Shown in pieces: positions 17,697 through 26,146 of a stretch of DNA of 34,437 bases. The position numbers and the translations under genes are program-made. Source of the DNA: a virus (taxonomy: Duplodnaviria > Caudoviricetes). Every line of letters starts with the position of its first letter. The stretch's first letter is position 1. The stretch covers positions 1-34,437 of the IMG/VR virus record IMGVR_UViG_3300032212_000101, one strand, 5' to 3'. The notes beneath the pieces were generated by a model that saw only the letters and a list, made by a program, of their open reading frames with translations, was not told the DNA's origin and did no database searches.

Positions 17697-18788
17697 TTAA
17701 GCGTCTGCTACAGCAGCGAAGAAACCAGTTAACACACCATGATCTTTTAAATCATCTGTGTCAGCCGTACCGCTACCAAATAGCATCTTGCTAATTTCAT
17801 GCCAAGAACGCACAGCCAAGCCTTGCTTGTCGCCGTAATCGAACTCTTCTTCTTTAGATTCTGAGCGCTTAGCTACTGCCATCGCGATAGCCTGTGCGCC
17901 ACATAAGTAGCAAGGGCCAACATCAATACCAGCTGCGCCTACACCTGAAAGAACTGCAATATCTTCAACTTCAACTACTGCAATGTTTTCATAGATGTAA
18001 TCAGCACCCTTGAAGATAGGGTTCATCTTACCGCGCTCACGCGCTTCACGATTAGCCTGTTGAAAAGCTGAATCATTAGCAAGATCACGAACTAGCAAAG
18101 ATGGTGCGTAAAGAATGAATGAATCAGACGTTACACCGCCATCACGTGGCTTAAGAGGCTTAATGCGTGGGTCTGCTGTCTTAGCCAAACGCTTCATTAG
18201 TGATAATGAGCTAGCTGTTAGCGTGTCATTAGTAGCATCTACTTGAAGTAAAGCCGCTGAATGATCGTTAGCAGCGTTGTTACCTACTGCATTGCCAAAT
18301 AAAGCGCGGTCTGCATTATCAACTAACCAAGCATCTTTCTGAGCCTCAGAAGCAGAGCCATAAGCTACACCATTGATTGAAGCAAGAGCCGCGATAACTT
18401 GATCACGTACTAGCTCCATATTCCAATCCATAAGCACCGACTTAGCTGCATCACGTAAAGGAATTGCAGAGAATTGCTCTTCAAGAACTGGAACACGCAC
18501 CGCATTACGATACTGGTCAATAGTTACTTTGAAAGAACGAGAATCCATATCTTCTTCGTTGCCTTCAAGTGTAGAGCTACCTGTTACCGCCGCGTTTTGT
18601 AGACGATTAACTAGAGCAAAAGTAACGGAGTCGCCTTTTTTCTTAGCTAAATCTTCTTTAACTTGAATTATCGAGTTTTCACTCGTACCCATGACAGGCT
18701 TAAAAACATTAGCATTTAATGCTTCTGTCCAAAACTTATCATCCCATTGTTGAACCGTTAGGCCGGTTGCTGCACTAGAATCAGTCAT
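17697..18788 (-). CDS. Major capsid protein (N4-gp56/DUF4043-like)
   Basis: EDLAKKKGDSVTF.L..RL, LEGNEE, DQYRNAV, CGAQA and EEEFDYG motifs. Confidence 0.9.
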   Translation of the reverse strand: MTDSSAATGLTVQQWDDKFWTEALNANVFKPVMGTSENSIIQVKEDLAKKKGDSVTFALVNRLQNAAVTGSSTLEGNEEDMDSRSFKVTIDQYRNAVRVPVLEEQFSAIPLRDAAKSVLMDWNMELVRDQVIAALASINGVAYGSASEAQKDAWLVDNADRALFGNAVGNNAANDHSAALLQVDATNDTLTASSLSLMKRLAKTADPRIKPLKPRDGGVTSDSFILYAPSLLVRDLANDSAFQQANREARERGKMNPIFKGADYIYENIAVVEVEDIAVLSGVGAAGIDVGPCYLCGAQAIAMAVAKRSESKEEEFDYGDKQGLAVRSWHEISKMLFGSGTADTDDLKDHGVLTGFFAAVADA

Positions 18789-18791
18789 TAC

Positions 18792-18835
18792 TTGTCTCCC
18801 GACAATTAAAGGGGTTCATGCTGTCTCACGACAGT
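18792..18835 (-). repeat. Two leader hairpins (TGTC-GKGA-GACA) before the capsid gene
   Basis: Copies at 18820-18835 and 18792-18805; the second contains the GGAG RBS. Confidence 0.75.
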
Positions 18836-18836
18836 A

Positions 18837-19583
18837 TTAATTCCCATAAAGTTTATTCGCTGGCATCGGCCCGGCCCACTTGGTGGAGCCTGTTCCCGCT
18901 GCCGCCGTTGCTGTTGAGAGAGTACCCGGAATTGATTTAGTTATAGCTTCCTCAGTTTGCGCTTTTAATTTATCAGCCATCTCAGCTTCAACCTTGGCGC
19001 GTACTTCTGCCTCGATTTTCGACTTAAGATCATCAACAGAATTAACACCTTTAAACTCGCTGTGAGTCTTAGCCTGTTGATAAATAAACTCGTAAGGATG
19101 CTGTTGCTGTAAAGCCTGCTGCTGTAACAAGGGATTTGAACTGACCATTTCATTGAAAAATACATCAACCATTTGATCAAAATCCTCGCCATGCTGCTGC
19201 CTAGCCATCATTTCTGACATATCGTAAAAACGATTATCCATCTGTGATTGCAACTGCTGAGCCGTAAAAGCTATTGCCTTGTCTGGTTCAACATAAGCAT
19301 CTGGCGTTTCCGCTTGTTGCTGCTGGGCTTGCTCTAAAGCTTGCCTTTTCCTTACTTCGTCTAGTGCTTTTGCCTTAAATGCACTTACTTCGGACCGTAA
19401 CTTTTCAATCTCAGTCTTTGTATCATACGCTTCACTCGTTTCAGCCGTAGGCGCTGCTTGCTCGGTTTCTACCTCCTGATTCTCATCGGTGGCTTTCACT
19501 TCGCTTGTATCTACCGTGGACTCTTCAACAACAGGTTCAACCGCCGCTGGTTCATCCCCAACATCATAAATCGAATCACTCAT
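18837..19583 (-). CDS. Scaffolding protein
   Basis: Acidic N-terminus and coiled coil; between portal and capsid; AGGAG RBS. Confidence 0.8.
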   Translation of the reverse strand: MSDSIYDVGDEPAAVEPVVEESTVDTSEVKATDENQEVETEQAAPTAETSEAYDTKTEIEKLRSEVSAFKAKALDEVRKRQALEQAQQQQAETPDAYVEPDKAIAFTAQQLQSQMDNRFYDMSEMMARQQHGEDFDQMVDVFFNEMVSSNPLLQQQALQQQHPYEFIYQQAKTHSEFKGVNSVDDLKSKIEAEVRAKVEAEMADKLKAQTEEAITKSIPGTLSTATAAAGTGSTKWAGPMPANKLYGN

Positions 19584-19696
19584 ATACTCTCCTAAATGCC
19601 CATTAACGATGGCAGCTCGTATCTTTTATGCCCGAAACCCCGGCAGCAGGAAGCGATTACGCTCATTAAAATTAATTATACACCTATAAAATCTAT

Positions 19697-21598
19697 TTAT
19701 CTAACACCGCTAAGCATCTGCTGGTTTTCGATCAATGTTTGTTCAGTGTCCGCTATTTCCCCATCTGTCTCAGCTTGAGTTTTACGAGTTTCAATCATGG
19801 TTTTTTCAGCTTCTGCACGTTTCTTCAGTGCGCTTGCTTGAGCGTCTAGGGCTTGTGATGAGTCTTTCTCAATAGCTGCTGCTACCGCCTCGGTAGTTAA
19901 TTGCTGCTGCGCGTCTTGTTGCGCCTGTAGAGCTTGTGCTTGCTGTTCTGACTCGCCTTGCATCTTATTAAGAATATCCTGCTTATTGCGTAAGTTAGAC
20001 GCCCTGATATAAGTCTCTTGATCGAATGTAATACCTGCATTAGCCAAATCAATAAGATTTCTAAACTCTTCCTGTTGAATACTTACAACATCTGGCGAAT
20101 CTTCAATAATAATATCAACATCCATTTCAGCAACATTGTTATCAATGCGCGAAACCACGTTTAATCGTGAGTCATTCTGAAACTCAGGCGGGATAAAGCC
20201 AATTTCCTCAGTTACAGCATCGGCTACCGATACAGGCTTATTCAACGACACAAAGCGTACATTTTCCTCGTTATCCGTCACTCTCACCCATCTTTCGCTT
20301 GTCCAGAACTGTCTAATGCGATTCCACCAAGCTTTATAAATCTGTTTTTCCCACTGTCTTTTCCCATCTGCAAGAGGGCTATACTCCAACATTGCGCCAT
20401 TCTGATTAGCTAATACTGCACGCCCGGACTGATTGCCCATTGATTGAGCAGAAGCAAACTCAGCGCCGCTTGTACGAGCCATTTCTGATTTAGCTTCTTG
20501 AAGTAACGCCATCTGGCCTTGAGCCATATCACCAGTAGGCAAAATACCAAAATCTTTACCAAATTCAGCATTACCACTTAAAACAACATGACCATCAGGC
20601 TTAGCTAATTCTATCTTTTGCGCTCTCACGCCATCAGGGAATGCACGTAAATTACCGAATGTTTGGCGCTGTGAGATTAAATGAACCGCTTTAGATTCTC
20701 GCTTGTTAATAGAATCTTGCATTTCAATCATAAAACGAGGCTCGCCGTAACGATTTCCCTCACGATCTACATAAGCAGAACGCATAATAATGCAGCACTC
20801 TGGAAACCCATCCTCATCAAGCCACGGAGAAACAACAGGCTTCATTAAGTAGCCTGCCTTAGTATAAAAAGCTAAATGCCATATTCCACGGTATAAGAAG
20901 TAAATCTGAACTATACGAATTCGCTTACGCTTGGAATCAACCCATTTAACAGGCTTGTCAGAATAGGTGTCGTCAAATTCATCACTCAAAGAAGCGCTTA
21001 TAACGTCTTCTGCATCTGGAAAGTTACGCTTTACATTGTCGCAATCATCCCAAATAACAATGCCTTTATAACGAGCATCACTAAAATCAGCTTTTCTTGA
21101 GTGGAAATCATAAAACAATCTATCCCACTGAATATGATGTGTTTGTATTTCTCGCTTTTCATCACGACTAACAACGACCTCAGCAGCGCCAATGCCCTCA
21201 ACTATGAAATTCTCCCAAAACTCTGAGCGTTTCTCATCAAAATTAGTATTATCAGCAACGTATCTAAGCGCGTCTGTAGCCGCTGTTGCATCTTCTTCAT
21301 GCTGTGGTGTTCTTGGGTAGGCTTTAGGGTCTGTGCGTATCTGTCTCTCGAAACCACGGAGGAAATTAATTTTTTTACGAATGTAGTTGTTTTGTACAGG
21401 AGGCTGCTTGCGCTTGCGTAGAATCTCTCTTTCTTCTGATGTTAACTGCTTATGGTCAACGTAATCACGATCACGCTCAGATAGCTCTCTAGCGTCTCGC
21501 GTTGAATCTTCCGAATCTTCAAAGTATTGGACTAGCGTAGACAGTAAATCAGGGTCTTCGTCCGCTCTTAATGGCTGCTTAGCCTTAGCTTGTGGCAT
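19697..21598 (-). CDS. Portal protein (P22 gp1-like)
   Basis: R.Y.D.KQ.T.EE...L.KRKQP....N.I..KI, RYG..R.M...QD.INKR.SK and SGRA motifs; Q-rich barrel tail. Confidence 0.9.
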   Translation of the reverse strand: MPQAKAKQPLRADEDPDLLSTLVQYFEDSEDSTRDARELSERDRDYVDHKQLTSEEREILRKRKQPPVQNNYIRKKINFLRGFERQIRTDPKAYPRTPQHEEDATAATDALRYVADNTNFDEKRSEFWENFIVEGIGAAEVVVSRDEKREIQTHHIQWDRLFYDFHSRKADFSDARYKGIVIWDDCDNVKRNFPDAEDVISASLSDEFDDTYSDKPVKWVDSKRKRIRIVQIYFLYRGIWHLAFYTKAGYLMKPVVSPWLDEDGFPECCIIMRSAYVDREGNRYGEPRFMIEMQDSINKRESKAVHLISQRQTFGNLRAFPDGVRAQKIELAKPDGHVVLSGNAEFGKDFGILPTGDMAQGQMALLQEAKSEMARTSGAEFASAQSMGNQSGRAVLANQNGAMLEYSPLADGKRQWEKQIYKAWWNRIRQFWTSERWVRVTDNEENVRFVSLNKPVSVADAVTEEIGFIPPEFQNDSRLNVVSRIDNNVAEMDVDIIIEDSPDVVSIQQEEFRNLIDLANAGITFDQETYIRASNLRNKQDILNKMQGESEQQAQALQAQQDAQQQLTTEAVAAAIEKDSSQALDAQASALKKRAEAEKTMIETRKTQAETDGEIADTEQTLIENQQMLSGVR

Positions 21599-21603
21599 GT
21601 CTT

Positions 21604-21619
21604 GCTATCTCCCGACAGT
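21604..21619 (-). repeat. Leader hairpin ACTGTC-GGGA-GATAGC before the portal gene
   Basis: Variant of the same motif; overlaps the RBS. Confidence 0.7.
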
Positions 21620-21670
21620 ATAATGTAGATTTTATGCCATTAATTGATTGTAGTCTATGATAAGTCATAT

Positions 21671-23203
21671 TTAAGCAGTTTTCCAATCATCAGCATCGTC
21701 ATCATCCCAGTCATCCCACCTGTCTTTAGATTTAGTTTCTTTAACTTCAATCCCTGCTTCGTGTATTTTATCTATCAATCGCCCCATTATTCCGCACACA
21801 TCAACTTTGTCGTCAAATGCGCCAGCTGGGAATTTTAGCAACTGGTTTAATAATTTATCACCATGTTCAGTATTAGGAATATAAACCTTTCCCGATTTAG
21901 CCAAAGCCTGAAATGATCTAGCGTTAGCTGTCTTGTCTCCGATATGCGGCATTTCCTCAATATCAAACCACTTCTTACGCTGCTCCTGTCTTTTCCTTAA
22001 CCACGGAGCTATAGCACGTCTTATCTGGCCTTTCTCAGCGCCGAACATATATAAATCATGCTTCTCGTGTAAATCTATTAAATCCTCAACCCATACATCA
22101 GACTCAGACTGACAACTAATCCAATCAATTATATACAAATCACTAACCGGGTCTAAACCGCACACGCCTTGCTCAGTGAAATCACCACCCCCATCAGTAA
22201 CAGCATAGTCAGCAGCGCCAAACTTTGTTAAATGCTTGGGGGTGTCTTCTATGTCATACCGATTAAACCAATCGCGCTTAAAATACGTACCGCTTTCCGG
22301 GCTTGGCGTTTGTTGGTATAAAGCTGTCCAAGTTCTAATATCTGACTTTTGAACCGCTTGCTTTGTTTCTTCCCAATATTCAGGTGTAAACCATTCAGGC
22401 CACAACCATTCACCAGCCTTTCTACCTAGTGGGTCGTTTTTCCCTTCCTGAGCTTCTGCCTGTAGACAAATAACATGCCATTCCTTGCCGTCCTTACCAA
22501 TAAATATACCGCTTTCACCATCCCAATCATCAGGCAATATCCGACCGCTTAAATCATCCTCAACCCATCGAGTCTGAATAATCACTTGAGCCGCACCGGG
22601 CTTTAGTCGTGTGAGAAAGTCTGAAACATACCAATTCCATGTATCTTCTTTTACTGTATGGCTGTCAGCTTCCTTCCTGCCCTTAACAGGGTCATCAATC
22701 AAACCTAAGTCAGAACGCCTACCAGTTACGCCACCACCCACACCAACGGCAAAATATGCGCCGCCATCTATAGTCTCCCACTCACCACGGGCTTTTTGGT
22801 CTTCTGTTAGCTGTAACTCAGGGAATAAATTCTTACTGGCTTGGCCGTCTACAAGATTTCTAACCTTGCGGCCAAATGAGGTGGCTAAATCGCCACCGTA
22901 TGAAGCCGTAATTATGGACTTCTTACCCATACGACCTAGATAGTAGGCAGGAAATCTAACCGAACCATAACTAGACTTAGCTGAACCCGGAGGCATAAAT
23001 ACCATCAGGTTTCTTATCTCGCCATCAATTACCTTGTCTAAAGCTTCACACAATAACTTGTGATGATCAGCTGGAGGCTCATCAGGCGCTATATACTCGC
23101 AATAGCTAGTGAAGTTCCTTCTTGCTATTCTTCTGTTTAGTAGTTCCTGTGCTGCCTGCTGTGGCGATATTTGCGAGTTCGTCGTCTGTGAGTTGTTTCT
23201 CAT
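21671..23203 (-). CDS. terL: Terminase large subunit
   Basis: MPPGSAKS Walker A-like, GLIDDP Walker B, IIQTRW..DDL, ALYQQ.P and nuclease D.A...FP.G..DD.VD motifs. Confidence 0.95.
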   Translation of the reverse strand: MRNNSQTTNSQISPQQAAQELLNRRIARRNFTSYCEYIAPDEPPADHHKLLCEALDKVIDGEIRNLMVFMPPGSAKSSYGSVRFPAYYLGRMGKKSIITASYGGDLATSFGRKVRNLVDGQASKNLFPELQLTEDQKARGEWETIDGGAYFAVGVGGGVTGRRSDLGLIDDPVKGRKEADSHTVKEDTWNWYVSDFLTRLKPGAAQVIIQTRWVEDDLSGRILPDDWDGESGIFIGKDGKEWHVICLQAEAQEGKNDPLGRKAGEWLWPEWFTPEYWEETKQAVQKSDIRTWTALYQQTPSPESGTYFKRDWFNRYDIEDTPKHLTKFGAADYAVTDGGGDFTEQGVCGLDPVSDLYIIDWISCQSESDVWVEDLIDLHEKHDLYMFGAEKGQIRRAIAPWLRKRQEQRKKWFDIEEMPHIGDKTANARSFQALAKSGKVYIPNTEHGDKLLNQLLKFPAGAFDDKVDVCGIMGRLIDKIHEAGIEVKETKSKDRWDDWDDDDADDWKTA

Positions 23204-23459
23204 CTTTGTGTACTACCTCGCCACTTAGTTCAACCATTTTCATATCTGGAAGGTATTTTGATATTAAGCCTTTTTGTATATCAGCAGCCGCTTTAAGTCG
23301 TTGAACTTCAACAGGTTCTAGCGACTCAGTTAAATCTGACAATTTTTTAGATATTTCAAGAACATGCTGAACAAGTCCCTTATTGGCTAATTGCTCTCTT
23401 AATGCTTCTTGGCGTATAGCTCTATTTTCTTCTGCTCGGCTCTTTCCTTTACCAGCCAT
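23106..23459 (-). CDS. terS: Terminase small subunit
   Basis: Directly upstream of terL; KYLPD.K.VEL.GE and LTDDEL motifs. Confidence 0.75.
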   Translation of the reverse strand: MAGKGKSRAEENRAIRQEALREQLANKGLVQHVLEISKKLSDLTESLEPVEVQRLKAAADIQKGLISKYLPDMKMVELSGEVVHKDEKQLTDDELANIATAGSTGTTKQKNSKKELH

Positions 23460-23461
23460 AA

Positions 23462-23674
23462 CTAGCCGACCTCTTCCAAATCATCTAAATTTTCAGGCTC
23501 TAAGTTCTTACGGCTTATACGTTTTACGTATGGCTTGCCCTCTAATATTACCAAAACCTTAAATTGTCCGTCATCAGCTTCAAAACCAATGCCTGAGCCG
23601 TTTTCTTGTGTGTATAGCTTAAGCTCTTCTAGTGGCTTTTGTGTTTCGGGTAGTTCGTGTAAGTTTAATTCCAT
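23462..23674 (-). CDS. Hypothetical protein
   Basis: Coupled to its neighbours in the late operon. Confidence 0.6.
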   Translation of the reverse strand: MELNLHELPETQKPLEELKLYTQENGSGIGFEADDGQFKVLVILEGKPYVKRISRKNLEPENLDDLEEVG

Positions 23675-24024
23675 TACCAGTTCCTTGAACTACAGCCGCA
23701 ATAGTCGTTTCCTGCGCCTGATTGATTGTCTTTAACTCTTAATTGAAATTGCTGCTCGAATGTATCGCCAGAGGTAGTAAGCGTTATTTTATTGGTTAAT
23801 AGATACTTACCCGGACTAGCAGATAATCTAGCAGATGCCTTAACCGTTGTATTAGCCTCATTCGCGATAGTAACGCCTGAATCTTCACTAGACCATGTAG
23901 ATGAGGCTATTGTGTCGCCATCTAATCTAGGAATCCAGTTCAAAGTGTAGGTAATTGCCGCATTTTCACCCTGACTAACTATAGCTTTTGGGTGAGTGGC
24001 TAGTATTTCTCTTTGATGGCTCAT
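23674..24024 (-). CDS. Putative virion adaptor protein (Ig-like)
   Basis: Y..NW...L.GDTIASSTW...Y..TN.IT pattern seen in phage virion-associated genes. Confidence 0.6.
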   Translation of the reverse strand: MSHQREILATHPKAIVSQGENAAITYTLNWIPRLDGDTIASSTWSSEDSGVTIANEANTTVKASARLSASPGKYLLTNKITLTTSGDTFEQQFQLRVKDNQSGAGNDYCGCSSRNW

Positions 24025-24049
24025 TTTAAATAACCAATAATTATATAGG

Positions 24050-24118
24050 TCGATTATAACATAATTCTATATAACATAAAAAACTTCTATTGGCTCTTTT
24101 TTGGTAGGGGTATATTAT
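24050..24118. promoter_or_regulatory. Divergent promoter pair overlapping tandem ATAA-N7-CTAT boxes (copy 3)
   Basis: Boxes at 24056-24070 and 24076-24090. Plus: TTGGCT-17-TATTAT (24090-24118). Minus: extended -10 TGTTATAAT (24061-24053) toward the late operon. Confidence 0.6.
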
Positions 24119-24147
24119 TTAGCTATAACTCAAACGAAGGATTGAAC

Positions 24148-24330
24148 ATGAAACCACTACACCCACACATCAAAAAAGCAATAGACACCTTTAAGCAAAT
24201 TCAGAACATGAGCGAAAAAGAAGAAACCGAGCTTGAAGCATTGGGCTTTATTGACTTAACGCCAGATGAAGAAAGAGAGATTAATAAACTTGACGACCTG
24301 TCTTCTAACTTGCAACGTCAAACTGTATAA
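24148..24330 (+). CDS. Small acidic hypothetical protein (moron-like unit, gene 1)
   Basis: AAGGA RBS before ATG 24148. Confidence 0.6.
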   Translation: MKPLHPHIKKAIDTFKQIQNMSEKEETELEALGFIDLTPDEEREINKLDDLSSNLQRQTV

Positions 24331-24340
24331 GGGGATTATT

Positions 24341-24460
24341 ATGGAATTTTTACTAATTTTTTTAGGCGCTTCAATTTTGGTTACTGTTTTAGCTTGTCGC
24401 TTATGCTCAATAAATAAGTGCTTTGAAGATGACGAGCATGAGGACATAAACGAGTTATAG
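24341..24460 (+). CDS. 39-aa single-TM membrane protein (moron-like unit, gene 2)
   Basis: AGGGGA RBS; MEFLLIFLGASILVTVLAC followed by an acidic tail. Confidence 0.6.
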   Translation: MEFLLIFLGASILVTVLACRLCSINKCFEDDEHEDINEL

Positions 24461-24470
24461 TCGTGGTTTT

Positions 24471-24494
24471 AGGGGCTTTTCAGCCCCTTTTTTT
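24471..24494 (+). terminator. Intrinsic terminator
   Basis: AGGGGCT-TTTC-AGCCCCT followed by a T run. Confidence 0.85.
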
Positions 24495-24512
24495 ATTCTA
24501 TCCTGTTCCTAT

Positions 24513-24647
24513 CTAAACTGTTTCATACCACGGCTTATCGCATTTAATCCAGTCTCCGAATATATGGACATAAACTAAACTGTGTATGCCTTTTCTGTAA
24601 AATAACCCGTCACACTTGTATTGAGCGCCTTTTGGTATATCTTCCAT
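24513..24647 (-). CDS. Small hypothetical protein (44 aa)
   Basis: TAATG coupling to the upstream gene; MEDIPKGAQYK...FY.K.....VY......W pattern. Read by hand. Confidence 0.55.
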   Translation of the reverse strand: MEDIPKGAQYKCDGLFYRKGIHSLVYVHIFGDWIKCDKPWYETV

Positions 24648-24874
24648 TAATCACGCGCCTTTATTTCATTCATAACATCGTTAATATCTAATTCAATGAT
24701 CTTGCCGTTAAAGAATAACCGGGTATCTTTACTGGCTACCGCAGCTAATAGCTCATCCATACTTAGTAGACCGCAGGCAATTTTTGAAGTCATCGCATTA
24801 TAATTAAGCGTTACTTCTGAGTTACCGGCTTTTTTTATTCTGTGTTCTGTTAGGCTAACTACATTTCCCATCAT
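24647..24874 (-). CDS. Hypothetical protein
   Basis: ATGA overlap; MGNVVSL.EHR N-terminus. Confidence 0.65.
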   Translation of the reverse strand: MMGNVVSLTEHRIKKAGNSEVTLNYNAMTSKIACGLLSMDELLAAVASKDTRLFFNGKIIELDINDVMNEIKARD

Positions 24875-25413
24875 GCCGCCCTCTTACATTGACTGCCCCT
24901 GAAAAGCTCCTTAAAAGCCCTTACAGGTGGGTTAAAACCGTATATAAACTTTCGTGTAATGTCGCCGCGCTTCTCACACGTACTAACCACATAAAACTGT
25001 ATGTGATCGTGAATATCAACTTTTGTAATTTCGCCATCTTCACGCATTGCGGCAAGAATATTGCTTATAGTTGATTGGCCTTTCTTGAATATCTTAGCCA
25101 GCATTGGACCTGAAAACTCTTGACCTTTATGCTCGTATATCCAGTTTCTAACCTTCTGCTTTACGGTTTCCTCCGTGGTTTCGTCTAGTTCAGCAATAAC
25201 CTCGTAAACCTTGAGATCAGCGCCGGTTCCATGCTCTCGCTTTTTATAGCCTACATGCTTAATACAGCCTTTTTGCTTAAGTACAAATATAGCCTTACAT
25301 ACAATCCAGTTAGGAATATGCTTTTTAGCGTCACTGATACTGTGTGAGGTGAATTTTCCACCTTGATTTAAAATATAACGCTCTGCTGTTTTTCTTTTCT
25401 CTGCTGTTGCCAT
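24871..25413 (-). CDS. Tandem winged-helix DNA-binding protein
   Basis: Two repeats of helix-F[TS]-HTH-[L/M]..[K/D]G.I-wing; AAGGA RBS. Confidence 0.65.
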   Translation of the reverse strand: MATAEKRKTAERYILNQGGKFTSHSISDAKKHIPNWIVCKAIFVLKQKGCIKHVGYKKREHGTGADLKVYEVIAELDETTEETVKQKVRNWIYEHKGQEFSGPMLAKIFKKGQSTISNILAAMREDGEITKVDIHDHIQFYVVSTCEKRGDITRKFIYGFNPPVRAFKELFRGSQCKRAA

Positions 25414-25432
25414 GAATATCCTTTATTAGTAT

Positions 25433-25491
25433 TAATAACAGTCTGATCAAGCTGACACTAAAAATCAGTGCAGCTTATCAGGGTGCTAGCT
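25433..25491 (+). other. Integron attC site (59 bp), 3' core mutated GTT>GCT
   Basis: R'' TAATAAC, 5-bp spacer, L'' GATCAAGC ... L' GCTTATC, 5-bp spacer, R' GCTAGCT. Unpaired C and A on the top strand correspond to the canonical extrahelical G and T on the bottom strand. Confidence 0.8.
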
Positions 25492-25662
25492 ATCAAAAAT
25501 ACGACTTAGTTTCTCCATCACCGCGCCCCTTAAAACCAAATTAAACAGTCTAGGTTTATTCTTGTGCCAGTTGTTTAATGTCTGTACGCTTTCGCCTGTT
25601 ATCTCTGAAAGCTCAAGCAGGCTTTTTAGTCCTGCTTGCTTACATAGTTCACTAGGTTTCAT
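25486..25662 (-). CDS. 58-aa HTH protein, likely the cassette autorepressor
   Basis: MKPSELCKQAGLKSLLELSEITGESVQTLNNWHKNKPRLF; ATGA overlap. Read by hand. Confidence 0.75.
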   Translation of the reverse strand: MKPSELCKQAGLKSLLELSEITGESVQTLNNWHKNKPRLFNLVLRGAVMEKLSRIFDS

Positions 25663-25898
25663 TTATACACACTAGGTAGCTCTTTAAGCTCCAAGAACAT
25701 CTCGTTAAAAATATGTGTTATCGGCTTTACTATGTCATCGCCATTTTCAACAGTTCTCATTAAGCCGATAACATAACAACCATCATCCAGCCATACATGC
25801 GCTCGACCACCGTGTTCATCCTCCATGCTTAAAACTGGAAAAATATCAGCTCCGTTTTCTAATTTCGCCGCTGCAAATGGTTTTGTTTTAACAAACAT
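25659..25898 (-). CDS. Cassette hypothetical protein (79 aa)
   Basis: GAGGG RBS. Confidence 0.65.
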   Translation of the reverse strand: MFVKTKPFAAAKLENGADIFPVLSMEDEHGGRAHVWLDDGCYVIGLMRTVENGDDIVKPITHIFNEMFLELKELPSVYK

Positions 25899-25900
25899 TT

Positions 25901-26059
25901 TTAACCCTCTCTTTTAATAATTTCAGCGTTATCATTATTCATTGCTTTATGCTCTAAACATTCTGATAAAGTCATCCATTTTGTTGAGTATTCTTTATCA
26001 ATAATACTGTCTGTCTTTGTTGATAATTCTTGCTCTGTATATTTAATTCTGTAATTCAT
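25901..26059 (-). CDS. Cassette hypothetical protein (52 aa)
   Basis: GAGG RBS; first gene after the cassette promoter. Read by hand (MNYRIKYTEQELSTK...). Confidence 0.6.
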   Translation of the reverse strand: MNYRIKYTEQELSTKTDSIIDKEYSTKWMTLSECLEHKAMNNDNAEIIKREG

Positions 26060-26101
26060 TTTATAACCTCTTTGTTGTGTATTTTCCTAACCAGTGACTA
26101 T

Positions 26102-26130
26102 ATATTACTATAACTATTTTAGTTAATCAA
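26102..26130 (-). promoter_or_regulatory. Cassette promoter with a palindromic operator
   Basis: TTGATT-17-TAATAT; perfect inverted repeat TAACTA-ttt-TAGTTA (26111-26125) in the spacer. Confidence 0.7.
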
Positions 26131-26146
26131 GTGATTTAGTATAAAT

